DNA from: Candidatus Latescibacterota bacterium
Lineage (GTDB): Bacteria > Latescibacterota > UBA2968
Length of the DNA: 64,000 nucleotides
Assembly: GCA_965207885.1 (NCBI GenBank)
Contig: OZ242311.1
Span: 4,704,001-4,768,000 of the forward strand
Direction of reading: 5' to 3'
Shown here: positions 39,254 to 49,801 of the stretch, piece after piece
How positions within the stretch are numbered: the stretch's first letter is position 1
How the letters are laid out: the number at the start of each line of letters is the position of its first letter
The notes under the pieces: generated by a model
Told to the model about the DNA's origin: nothing
The model's input: the letters and a program-made list of their open reading frames with translations, nothing else
Database searches by the model: none
Position numbers and translations under genes: made by a program

Positions 39254-41173
39254 ATGCTTTCGCAAAAGTATTCGGAAGACGTGTTAAAAGATATTTTGAT
39301 TCCGCGGGATGACTGGCAGCCTTTTCCCACGGCGCTGACGCGCTATGCTTGGGATGCATTGCCAGACGCGGTTCGGCAGGCGCAAATTGCGCGGGGGGAA
39401 GATCGCCTAAATTTTGAATGGCCGGGTGTGCCTGCGGTGCGGTTTTTGGATTATGCGCGCAATGGGAATCGCTCGCGGTACGAGAGTTTGAGTTTTGGGC
39501 GGCGCATGGCGCTGTCCGATCTGGTTCTGGCAGAGTGCGTGGAGGGCAAAGGCAGATTTTTGGATGATATTACCAATGGTATCTGGTGCATTTGCGAGGA
39601 GTCTTTTTGGGGTGTGCCCGCGCATATTGGTGTGCAAAAGGCGGGTAGTGGCTTGCCGGATACGGCTGATCCGATTGTCGATCTGTTTGCCGCAGAAACG
39701 TCGGAATTGCTGGCGTGGACGGTGTATTTGTTGGGCGCGCAACTCGATGCAGTTTCGCCTTTGATTGTGCCGCGCATTGCGCGTGAGATGCAATATCGTA
39801 TTTTGACGCCTTTGTTGGAGCGCGAAGATTTTGGCTGGATGGGATATTCGGGTGCGCGCGTGAACAATTGGAATCCGTGGATTGTGTCGAATTGGTTGAC
39901 TTCTACTTTGTTGATGGAGACCGATGAAGCGCGGCGGGTTGCTTCGGTGTTTAAGGCGATGCAGACAGTGGATAATTTTATCGATCCGTATCCGAAGGAC
40001 GGGGGATGTGATGAGGGCCCGGGCTATTGGGGGCGTGCGGGGGCATCGCTTTACGATTGTTTGGAGTGGCTTTACAGTGCAACGGGTGGGTCAATTGATG
40101 TGTACGATGAGCCGCTCGTTCAGAATATTGGCAAGTTTATCTATCGGGTGCAGATTGCGGATCAATATTTTATCAATTTTGCCGATGCGTCACCTGTGGT
40201 GATGCCGGCTTTTGCGGTTGTCTATGGCTATGGCAAGCGCATTGGGGATGACGCGATGGTGGCTTTCGGCGCGTGGTCTGCAAAACAACAGGGCGTTGCC
40301 GAGAAGGGTCTTTCGGAGTCTTTTGGGAGCATGGGGCGCGCATTGCCCGCGCTGTTTTCTCTGAATGAGATTCTCGATGCAGAAGCTGCGCAGCCGTTGC
40401 CGCGCGATGTGTTTTTGGACGAGATTGAGGTGTTTGTCGCTCGCGATCAAGGGGGTTCGACAGATGGCTTTTTTGTGGGGGCAAAAGGCGGGCACAATGC
40501 CGAGAGTCACAATCACAATGATATCGGGCATGTGGTGGTTTATTTAGATGGCAAACCCGTGCTTGTGGATGCGGGGGTCGAGACTTATACGGCTAAGACG
40601 TTTAGCAGTGAGCGGTATGACATTTGGACGATGCAATCCCAATATCACACGTTGCCGACGGTGAATGGACAGATGCAGATTCCCGGGCGGGTTTATTCGG
40701 AGGCGGGGATTGATTATCACTACGATATTGCCGCTCAGGATGTGTCTTATGCGGCGAGTGAGGCGGATGCGACGTTCACGTTGGATCTGGCACAAGCCTA
40801 TCCGCCAGAGGCTCAGATTGATTCTTGGATGAGGACGGTTGTTTTGCATCGCGGCGAGGGTGTGACGATTGCAGATCAATATGCGTTAAAAGCCGTGACG
40901 GGCGATGTTGTGATGAATGTTTTGACGGCGTGTGGTGCTGAGGATATCGGCGATGGGACAATCGCGTTGAACGAGGTAGAGTTGGCGGATGGACGAGTAT
41001 CAGGCGCGGCGCGTTTGCACTACGATGCGGATGTATTCGATGTGGCGATTGAAGATATTGCGATTGAAGACGCGCGATTGAAGACTATTTGGGGCGATTT
41101 GTTGCGAAGAATCACGCTGACGGTTAAGAATCCCGAGCCGCAGGGTGGGTGGACGATTCGAGTGACGCGGTGA
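39254..41173 (+). CDS. heparinase II/III-family polysaccharide lyase-like protein
   Basis: NNWNPW, DGGCDEGPGYW, NFADA, KGGHN.ESHNHND.G, D.G...Y; no obvious signal peptide. Confidence 0.85.
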   Translation: MLSQKYSEDVLKDILIPRDDWQPFPTALTRYAWDALPDAVRQAQIARGEDRLNFEWPGVPAVRFLDYARNGNRSRYESLSFGRRMALSDLVLAECVEGKGRFLDDITNGIWCICEESFWGVPAHIGVQKAGSGLPDTADPIVDLFAAETSELLAWTVYLLGAQLDAVSPLIVPRIAREMQYRILTPLLEREDFGWMGYSGARVNNWNPWIVSNWLTSTLLMETDEARRVASVFKAMQTVDNFIDPYPKDGGCDEGPGYWGRAGASLYDCLEWLYSATGGSIDVYDEPLVQNIGKFIYRVQIADQYFINFADASPVVMPAFAVVYGYGKRIGDDAMVAFGAWSAKQQGVAEKGLSESFGSMGRALPALFSLNEILDAEAAQPLPRDVFLDEIEVFVARDQGGSTDGFFVGAKGGHNAESHNHNDIGHVVVYLDGKPVLVDAGVETYTAKTFSSERYDIWTMQSQYHTLPTVNGQMQIPGRVYSEAGIDYHYDIAAQDVSYAASEADATFTLDLAQAYPPEAQIDSWMRTVVLHRGEGVTIADQYALKAVTGDVVMNVLTACGAEDIGDGTIALNEVELADGRVSGAARLHYDADVFDVAIEDIAIEDARLKTIWGDLLRRITLTVKNPEPQGGWTIRVTR

Positions 41174-41191
41174 TGTTGGATTTCCGGAACT

Positions 41192-41229
41192 AAAAGAGGA
41201 GCAAGGTCACACGGGCTTGCTCCTTTTTT
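41192..41229. terminator. intrinsic terminator
   Basis: AGGAGCAAG..CTTGCTCCT followed by a T-run, between convergent genes. Confidence 0.75.
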
Positions 41230-42323
41230 TATTCGATTAAGGCTTCGGAGATGGCGTCGTGAAATTCGGGACGGAGGTGGGCAATTTGAATGTTCTCGCG
41301 GGTGGGGTGTACGCGGTTGGTGAGGAGGATGACGCCGAGGTCTCGTATGGGGTCTCCCCATACGGATGTGCCGGTGAATCCGAGGATGCCGAAGGATTTG
41401 TCGCTAAAGTAGCGGCCGCTCGAACTTGCGCCGGGTGAGACGGTGTCCCAGCCGAGTGCCCAGGTGCTGTTGGACGCGATATTGGCGCGGGTGGTGAATT
41501 GTGGAATGCTCTGTTTGGGAAAGATGCCTGTGCCGAGCCATGCGAGCAGGCATTTCGACAGGTCAGGCGCTGTGGAAAAAAGACCGGCGTGGGAGGCGAT
41601 ACCACCCATTGCGGCGGTGTTTTCATCGTGGACTTCACCGTGTACGAGGTGATCGCGCAAGTCGGAGCCATCTTCCGTGGGCGCAATGCGGTGTTTGAGA
41701 TGGGGCGGTGGACAGTACAATGTGTCGTTCATTTTGAGCGGTTCGAATATGTGCTGTTTGACGAGGTGATCCAGGCGATGCCCGCCGATGGTTTCGAGGA
41801 TTTTACCCAGGGTGAGAAAGCCAAGATCGCTGTACACGGTGTCTGTGCCGGGTTCATAAATTAAGGGGTGTTGGCAGGCTGCGTTGAGCATGGCATCGCG
41901 GATGTCAATATCGTGCGTTGTGCTTTGGTTTTCGTACAGGTGAACATGTGCGGGCAGGCCGCTGCAATGGGCGAGCAGGTGCCGGACTGTGACGCGATTT
42001 TTGTTCTTTCCGGTGAAGGAGGGTACATAATATTGCACGGATGCGTCGAGATTGAGGCGATCTTCATCGGTAAATAACATGCAGAGTGTTGTGGTGGCGA
42101 TGACTTTGGTGACGGAAGCGAGGTCGTAGAGAGTATTGATTTGCACGGGTGTGGCGTTGGGTTGATAGGTATGGTGGCCCACAGCCCAGCAGGTGACGAT
42201 GCCCGCACGGCGCAGGACGAGACCGACAGCACCGGGGGTGGTGCGGGTATGCACATGGTGTTGTAACACTTGACGAGCGCGGTCGAGTTTTTGAGAATCA
42301 AAACCGAGTTGTTCGGGTGTCAT
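41229..42323 (-). CDS. serine hydrolase, beta-lactamase/AmpC-like family
   Basis: DLASVTK (SxxK), LLAHCSG, YSDLG, GEVHDEN, GFTGTS, LTNRVHP; start at ATG 42323. Confidence 0.9.
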   Translation of the reverse strand: MTPEQLGFDSQKLDRARQVLQHHVHTRTTPGAVGLVLRRAGIVTCWAVGHHTYQPNATPVQINTLYDLASVTKVIATTTLCMLFTDEDRLNLDASVQYYVPSFTGKNKNRVTVRHLLAHCSGLPAHVHLYENQSTTHDIDIRDAMLNAACQHPLIYEPGTDTVYSDLGFLTLGKILETIGGHRLDHLVKQHIFEPLKMNDTLYCPPPHLKHRIAPTEDGSDLRDHLVHGEVHDENTAAMGGIASHAGLFSTAPDLSKCLLAWLGTGIFPKQSIPQFTTRANIASNSTWALGWDTVSPGASSSGRYFSDKSFGILGFTGTSVWGDPIRDLGVILLTNRVHPTRENIQIAHLRPEFHDAISEALIE

Positions 42324-42429
42324 TTGTGTCTCTCCAGTTCCCAGCCTCTTGCACATCGCGTTTCTGTGTTCTATATTGCTGAAAGTACGAGACAAAAACA
42401 AGGGGAATTTGACAGGGAAAGGTCGTTTT

Positions 42430-43077
42430 ATGAGATATCGACATATCTTTGGAATGGGTGCGTTTATTGCTCTGTTTTTTGCGATGTGTATGCCCGCTGA
42501 GGGACAGGTGAATGTGGAACGGCTCGAGAGCATTGCGCGACATGTGGCGCAGGCGGTTTTAGCTGAGGGGGATTCTCTGACGGCAGAGCAGGTTGCATGG
42601 GTCGAGCGCATGACCGTGCAATTGGCGGAGGATGCGGCATTTCTCGACGAGCAAAAACAGCGGTTGGAAGAAATGCGTCGCGAAAGAGATGCGTCGATTC
42701 GGAATATCGCGAGTCAGATTGCCAAAGGGATCGGTGTTCTGATTGCTCTGCTGGTTTTGTGGGCGATTTTTCGTGTCTTTAGAAGGGGGTTGCGTGCCGA
42801 GTCGGGAGATGATCCTCTTGGGGTGTTGATTGCGATGCGCACAGAAGCGCGGGCGCAGAAACTCGGCGAGGTGCTTGTTAAAGAAAATTTGGCGACGGGT
42901 GGAACTGTCGCACCGAGTGTCCGTTCAATCTATCGCAGGGAGGATGGGGTGCGAGAAGCTGCTGAGGCGATGGTTTTTTTGAAGACGACGCGTGCACAAT
43001 TAAGCAATTTGATGGACCGAGCAGAGGAATTGGGTGGGGGCAAGACGCCAGAACTCGTTGTGATACGTGAGGTGTGA
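42430..43077 (+). CDS. membrane-anchored protein with C-terminal CutA-like domain (A)
   Basis: Signal peptide, helical region, TM, then A.KLG..LVKENLA....P.VRSIY.....EA.EA...LKTT (CutA pattern). Confidence 0.7.
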   Translation: MRYRHIFGMGAFIALFFAMCMPAEGQVNVERLESIARHVAQAVLAEGDSLTAEQVAWVERMTVQLAEDAAFLDEQKQRLEEMRRERDASIRNIASQIAKGIGVLIALLVLWAIFRVFRRGLRAESGDDPLGVLIAMRTEARAQKLGEVLVKENLATGGTVAPSVRSIYRREDGVREAAEAMVFLKTTRAQLSNLMDRAEELGGGKTPELVVIREV

Positions 43078-43081
43078 AAGC

Positions 43082-43759
43082 ATGTTAAAAGTCTGGACCG
43101 TCATTCTGTTTGGATTTTGTTTTGTTGTTTCCGCAGGGGCTGAGGAAGAGAATGCCTCGCGTATTGCGCGCGAGATGGTTCGCTCTCTGTATGGCTATGA
43201 GCGCGTGAAGCCGTTGCCGCCCGTGGCGAATGCACAGGTGCGCGTTATTGCGAGAAGGTTGGTTGCGGAGTCAGACGAGCGTTTTCAGCACGCGTTTTTT
43301 CAGGCGGGGGATCGCGAGCAGGGCGCGTTTTTCAGCGGGCTGATGAAGCACATTGCTATCGGGGTGATGATTTGTCTGGTGTTTTTTGTGGTGCATACGG
43401 TTGTGCGAAAACTCGATGTGGCGCGGCGTCTGGGGAAAACAGATCGCGATGTCGCAGTTCAAGGTGGGTTGCGAAATGCGCCTTATATTCTGGCTCTTCC
43501 CATGCCATCTGAAGCGGAGGCAAATCGCGTTGGGCACGCGCTTGTTGCCGAGCGGTTGGCTGCACGGGTGGATGTTTTTTCGCAGTATTTTTTGTCGCCG
43601 GATCGGGATGAAGGTACTGTGCTTTTTGTGATGACTGTAAAAGGCCGCTTGAGATCACTGAAAAAACGATTGGGGGATTTGTCTATGTCATTTCCCGTGT
43701 CTCACGGCCACAGGTCCTATTTGACGTGGATTGCCGATGCGGCTGATGGGAGAGGGTGA
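43082..43759 (+). CDS. membrane-anchored protein with C-terminal CutA-like domain (B)
   Basis: Same architecture; PSEAEA.RVG.ALVAERLAARV and C-terminal PV..G...YL.WI. Confidence 0.7.
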   Translation: MLKVWTVILFGFCFVVSAGAEEENASRIAREMVRSLYGYERVKPLPPVANAQVRVIARRLVAESDERFQHAFFQAGDREQGAFFSGLMKHIAIGVMICLVFFVVHTVVRKLDVARRLGKTDRDVAVQGGLRNAPYILALPMPSEAEANRVGHALVAERLAARVDVFSQYFLSPDRDEGTVLFVMTVKGRLRSLKKRLGDLSMSFPVSHGHRSYLTWIADAADGRG

Positions 43760-43774
43760 AAGGCAAAAGGTATC

Positions 43775-43802
43775 CGCAGATGGACGCAGATGGACACAGA
43801 TG
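43775..43802 (+). repeat. 10-nt short tandem repeat
   Basis: CGCAGATGGA CGCAGATGGA CACAGATG, intergenic. Confidence 0.75.
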
Positions 43803-43848
43803 AGAGGATGGAGGGCGGGAGGTATTCAGGACATTTTGGGGGTTGATC

Positions 43849-44574
43849 ATGCGTGTATTCAGATATGTTCTCTTATTTTTTTTGGCAATAGTTATAATTA
43901 TCCGATTTGAAACCTGGTTAGATACTTTTTTGCCGGCCGAAATTAGCGACCTGTTCTCGATATTTCTTATGGTTGCTGCTATTTCTATTTTTGGGGGTCG
44001 AAAAAATAAATTTCAACGTTGGTTTGACGACCTGTCGCATCGCATCAATAAAACGCGCGGTCCCCTTTTCCGAAAATTGCGGGTTGCGACCACTGTCATA
44101 GGACATATTGTTATTCTGGGATATTTGGCTCCCTGGTATTTGCCAGTCTTATTTGGAAGTACGACACCGGGAAATTATATGGGTAAGGCGCGGATCGGAC
44201 AAGGGGAGGATGAAAAAAGATGGACGTGTGTTTATGAATACAAAACATCAAGAGGTGTTTTTGAAGGTCATATTGCGTGGAGTCCGCCGGATCCGCCAGA
44301 AGATTTAGAAGCTTATTGCAGCAAACAAATACCCGAATCCATTGTCTATTTTCCGCTCAATCCCCAATATCACTATCCCAAGAACAGAAGTCAGCCCATT
44401 ATGTATAATTATCCAGTAACCCTGTTCTCTGTTGCGATACTCGGAGTGAATATCTTTTGGGTTTTTATTCCGCTGTTCAAACAAGGTGTGATTTCAAATG
44501 GTGAAGACGCACGCGAGGCGTTTTGGTGGGCAGTTATTAGTCTGGGGTATGCAGGGCTTTATAGCTGGGGATAG
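43849..44574 (+). CDS. hypothetical multi-pass membrane protein
   Basis: About 5 hydrophobic segments, AT-richer than its flanks; no family recognised. Confidence 0.65.
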   Translation: MRVFRYVLLFFLAIVIIIRFETWLDTFLPAEISDLFSIFLMVAAISIFGGRKNKFQRWFDDLSHRINKTRGPLFRKLRVATTVIGHIVILGYLAPWYLPVLFGSTTPGNYMGKARIGQGEDEKRWTCVYEYKTSRGVFEGHIAWSPPDPPEDLEAYCSKQIPESIVYFPLNPQYHYPKNRSQPIMYNYPVTLFSVAILGVNIFWVFIPLFKQGVISNGEDAREAFWWAVISLGYAGLYSWG

Positions 44575-44603
44575 AGATAAAAACTAAACGAAAGGAGAAA
44601 ATA

Positions 44604-44852
44604 ATGACGGTTCAAGAAATCACAGAAGTCATAAAAACGTTAAGTCCCAATGAGTTGAAGTACTTACGGAATCTATTGGACGAGCACCTACCCAGGGAAG
44701 GCGAAGTGAAAAAACAGGATGCATTTCATCGATCCCTAATGGCTAAAGGTCTGGTTAAAGAACTGAAGAAGCCGACGAAGACAATTGAACGCAGACTTAT
44801 CAAGGTCAAGGGAAAGCCTGTATCGCAAACAATTATTGAGGAGCGAAGATAA
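44604..44852 (+). CDS. small antitoxin-like protein, no adjacent toxin
   Basis: AAGGAG RBS; C-terminal KGKPVSQTIIEERR resembles, from memory, antitoxins that precede PIN toxins. Confidence 0.6.
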   Translation: MTVQEITEVIKTLSPNELKYLRNLLDEHLPREGEVKKQDAFHRSLMAKGLVKELKKPTKTIERRLIKVKGKPVSQTIIEERR

Positions 44853-47800
44853 GAGGCTGGAGGCTACCATGTCATACCGTATCTCTCTTCTCGTGTTGCT
44901 GACGCTGTTTGCGTGTAGCAAAAAGTCGCCCGAAGACGCTCTGCAATCCTATCCTTTGGAGACGGCGCGTATGGTGAGCCATGTGAGCGGGGGTGTGCTC
45001 GCATCGACTGATCCGATTCGCGTGCGCTTTGTGTCGCCTGTTGTTGGCAAAAGTCAGGTTGGGCAGGTGTTGCGAACGCGCGTTTTTCGATTTGTTCCTT
45101 CTATTGACGGTTTGGCGACATGGGAAGATGTGCGTACGCTTGTTTTTAAGCCAAACGCACCGCTGACGTTGCGTACGGTCTATAGCGGTGAACTCAGCAT
45201 GACCGATTTGTTTCCCCAGCACAAAGATCTGAAGCTGCTTGTCATCCAGTTTGAGGTCGCGGGAAGAGAACTCGTCGCACTTGAGGCAGATTTCGAGTTG
45301 CCCGATGCGAATGATCCGCAGCGTCTCGTTTTTAGCGGTCAGATTAGCTTTAACGAACGCGCAGATTCTTCGGCTGTGAGCGATGCGGTGGCGTTGCGTT
45401 TGGGAGATCAGCAGCTTGCACTCCATTGGCGCATGTTATCAGATGGCAAGACGCATGATTTTACAAGTTCCGAGATCACGCGCACAGGAGAGCCCCGGGA
45501 ACTCGCGATGCATATTGACCGAGCTGATCTGGATCTCTCGCAAGACTACGATAATACATGGACACTTCCTCCTTTATCGACACTTTCCGTTGTCGAGATT
45601 GAAAAACACACGGACCGGGACCGCCCGAGTGTAAGCATCATTTTTTCAGACGATCTCGATTTTGGTCAGGCTATCGCGGGGTTGATCACAGCCGATCCAC
45701 CGCAACAGCTTCAACTCACCGCGATTGGCAAAACAGTGAGTGTTGTGGGCGATTTTCAGCATGGACAGCGTTATGCGTTGACAGTACATCCGGGGGTTCG
45801 CAGCCGCTGGGGTGTTGCGCTGGCTCAACCGCATACAGAGACGGTGGCTTTTGACGATATCAAGCCCCGCATGCGTTTTGCGCGTGACGGGGTATTTTTG
45901 CCCACTTCTGGCAATCGAAAAATTCGATTTCAAACGGTCAATGTGTCGCGCGTTCACCTCAAAATACAGAAAGTGTTTGAATCGAATCTGGGGCAGTTCT
46001 TGCAAGATCAAAAGGTGGATGGATCGCGGGATCGCACGCGAGTATTTTCCTCTTATCAAATTCGGCGCGTGGGCGTGACAGTGGCAGATACAACACTGGA
46101 TATCGGCGACCAAAAAAATGTGTGGTTGCAGCACGAACTCGATCTGAATGATCTGATTTCCAAAGACGAGAAGGGGCTTTATCTGATCGGTCTCACTTTT
46201 GCGGCAGAGGATATGCTCTATGGTGATCCAGTGGAAGCGGCAGAAGCGCGGCAACAGCGCAGGAGGTACCGCGGGACTGCCTATTATAGCAATCCCTATT
46301 CGCGCGGTTATGTCTATCAGCACGGGCGCATCTACAAACCCGTGGTGGTCAGTGATATCGGTCTTACGCATCAAAAGACGCATGATCGACATCTCGTTTA
46401 TGCCACCCATTTAGAAGACGCACGCCCTTTGTCCGGTGTCACCATAACTCTGCGCACATATCAGAATCAGATTGTGGAACAGAAAATTACAGATCGGAAT
46501 GGTCTGGCGGATTTTGGTCCTGTAGAATCGGATGTTTTTTATATCGAAGCCGAGAAAGACGGGCAGCGCAGTTTTATTAAGCCGAGGGATATGGCGTGGA
46601 ATTTATCGACTTTTGATACGGGGGGACGATCCCTTGCACCCGATGGCATTCGGGCGTTTTTTTACACGGAGCGCGGGGTTTATCGGCCCGGCGATGATAT
46701 TCATTTGTCGGCGATTGTGCGCAATCACAACCACACGTTTCCCGATGGGCATCCGATTTCGCTCGCGTTTTACAATCCATTGGGACAGCGCGTGCTCACG
46801 CAGATCAATCGCGAGGGGAAAGATGGATTTTACACCTTTGATTTATCGACTTCGGCTGACGCGCCAACGGGCAACTGGCGCGCTGAAATTGATGTGGGTA
46901 GCCGCAAGTTTAATCACAGAGTCAAGGTCGAAACCATTGTACCTTTTCGCCTCAAGGTCTTTCTCGACCCGCAACTTGCAGAGCGGGATCGCGTGTTGAA
47001 AGCAGATCTGAGGAGTGCGTATTTATTTGGCAATCCAGCGGCGGGTTTAAAAGCCAGTGTCGATGTTACGCTGCGTAGTTCTCCGCCGGTATTTCCCAAA
47101 TTTAAGGGCTTTTCGTTTGTCGATCAGGCGGTGAACTTCAAGCCGATTATAGCCAATATTTTTTCGGGTGCTCTGGATGAGGAGGGCAAGGCCGCTGTGT
47201 CGTGGGAGCTTCCTTCTTTGAGCGAAGTGCCTTCTCGCCTGTCTGCGATATTGCGCGCCCGCGTGCTCGAAAAAGGTGGGCGACCCAATAGCACAGCGCG
47301 CATGGTACACATCGATCCGTTTGAGTTTTATGTGGGGTTGCGAAAGCCGGACCTGGATTACGGTTTTACGCGCGTCAATGCCTCTCTTGAGGTGCCCGTT
47401 ATTGCGGTGACGCCCGATGGGGAGACAGCGTCTGGACGCACGCTGATGTATCGCGTTTTTCACAATGAGAATTACTGGTGGTGGGAATACGATTCGAGGG
47501 ATCAGTTCCGCCTGCGTTTTAAGCGAGATTTTAGTACGAAGAAGATTTTCGAAACATCGATTATTTCTCAAGATCACCCGATGTCGGTTGCGTTTATGCC
47601 TGAGAAACAAGGAGAGTATTTGATCGAAGTGGCGGATGCGGATGGGCATAAGGCGTCGCTTTTTATTCGCGCGTATCCCTGGGGCGGTTTGCCCGCGAGT
47701 GGGCGAGATGCTGGCGCACTGGTGCTCAAGACGGACCGCGAAAATTACGCGCCGGATGAAAAAGCTGTGGTGTCTTTTCCCGTGCCCGATACGTCGTCTG

Positions 47801-49801
47801 TGCTGGTGACGGTGTCGCGCGGTGGAAATGTGATGCATTCGCAGTGGCATACGCCGAGCACGAGGAATACCGCGCAAATCGAGGTTCCCATTACAGCAGA
47901 TATGGCGCCGAATGCCTACGTGACGATATCCGTTATTCAGCCGCATGGACAGACGGCTAATGATCGTCCGTTGCGGATGTATGGGGTTGTGCCTTTGCGC
48001 GTGGCTGATCCAGATACGCGGCTCGATCTCACACTGACTGCGTCCGATGAACTTAAACCCGAAGATTCTTTTGAGATTGTCGTGCAAACGGGTGATGGAA
48101 AACCCGCGCAGTTGACGCTGTCTGTTGTGGATGAGGGTTTGCTGGATATCACGCAGTTTTCCACGCCCGATCCCTGGCGCGCGTTTTTCAGCAAGTTGCG
48201 TTTGGGGCTGCAGGTCTCAGATTTGTTTGGGCAGGTTATAGGTGTCAATATCGGCGATGTGTTTAAGACTTTTTCGATAGGCGGCGATGCCGCTCTGGCT
48301 GCTTATCGGCGCGACAGGCTCCCCGAGGAGCAGAAACAGCGGTTTAAGTCTGTATCGCTTTTTGAGGGTCCGGTTGCGACTGACGATCAGGGGCGCGCTG
48401 TGGTTTCTTTTACCATGCCCAATTACGTCGGTTCGGTGCGCATCATGGCTGTGGCTGCGCGGGGCAATGCTTATGACAGCGTGGAAAAAACAGTGTCCGT
48501 GAAAACGGATTTGATGGTTTTGCCTACTTTGCCGCGCGTGTTGCGCCCCGGCGACCGCATTGCTGTTCCTGCTACTGTATTTGCCATGAGAGATAGTTTG
48601 GGGCCTGTTGATGTGGCGATCAGTACAGAGGGATTGCTCCAGGTCGATGGGCAGGCGCGAGATACCATTGTGTTTCAAAAAGCCGGTGAAGAAGATGTGC
48701 TATTTATGTGTGTGGTGCCCAATGCTATTGGCGATGCGCGCGTTGCGATTACTGCAACTGCAGGCGATGTGATTGCCACGCATACGACGGATCTAACTAT
48801 TTCACCGTCGTCGCCCCGCATTAGCGCCGATGAGACGCGGGAGATACGGCCGGGACAAGTGGTTGTACTTCCCGTTCCCGATCGGGGCATTCCCGGTTCC
48901 AATCGCGCGCGCCTCACCCTGCATACGCGTCCAAATATGAAGCTCGGCAACCGTCTGCTGTGGCTGGTGCGATATCCCTATGGTTGTGTGGAGCAAGTGG
49001 TTTCGGCGGCATTTCCACAGTTGTATCTCAAGGATATTCTCATCGTATCGGGTAAATCGAATGAGATTGCGCGGGAGATGGACGAGCATATCAATGCCGC
49101 GATTCGGCGGTTGCGCAGATTTCAACTGCCGTCGGGTGCGCTCAGTTATTGGCCGGGGCGGTCTAAGCCTTCGATATGGGGCACGCTGTATGCCGGGCAT
49201 TTTTTGATTGAGGCCAATGCCCTCGGTTATTATGTGCCAGACGATCTGTTTGAAAGCTGGGTGCAATACGAGCAATCTCGCGCTTTGACCACGCGCGATG
49301 ATCTTATGATCCGAACCTATCGCGTCTATTTGCTCGCGCTGGCAAATCAACCCGCGCTGGGGGCGATGAATTTACTAAAGGAAAGCAGTTTGCGGGATAT
49401 GACGGATGTGGAGAAATGGCTGCTGGCAGTGGCGTATGACCGCGCGGGTAGTTCTGTAATAGCCAGTGAGATTCTCAAGGATGCGGGTACGCTTGCAAAT
49501 GAGAGCAAGAGGTGGGAGAATACCTTTGGGTCTGCGCTGAGAGATCGCGCGATGATCTTATCGACCATGATCGATTTTCATCGCTGGGGAGAAGCCGATC
49601 TTCTGGCCGATGAAATCGCGCTGGCACTATCATCGGACAGGTGGTATTCGACACAGACGAGCAGTTTCGCGCTGCTGGCACTGGGCAAGCATATCCGGGC
49701 GACCGAGGGGGGGGCAATCGCTGCGTTTGGCGGGTTCGGTGACATTGCCCGGTGGGAAGGTCGTGCCGTTTGATTCGGGTTCGCGTTTTTACAATGTCGA
49801 T

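Noticed and set aside
44785-49773. 1662-aa ORF as an intact alpha-2-macroglobulin
   Set aside because: The start extension overlaps the upstream gene and the tail is out of frame after G8; the real C-terminus lies beyond the IS.
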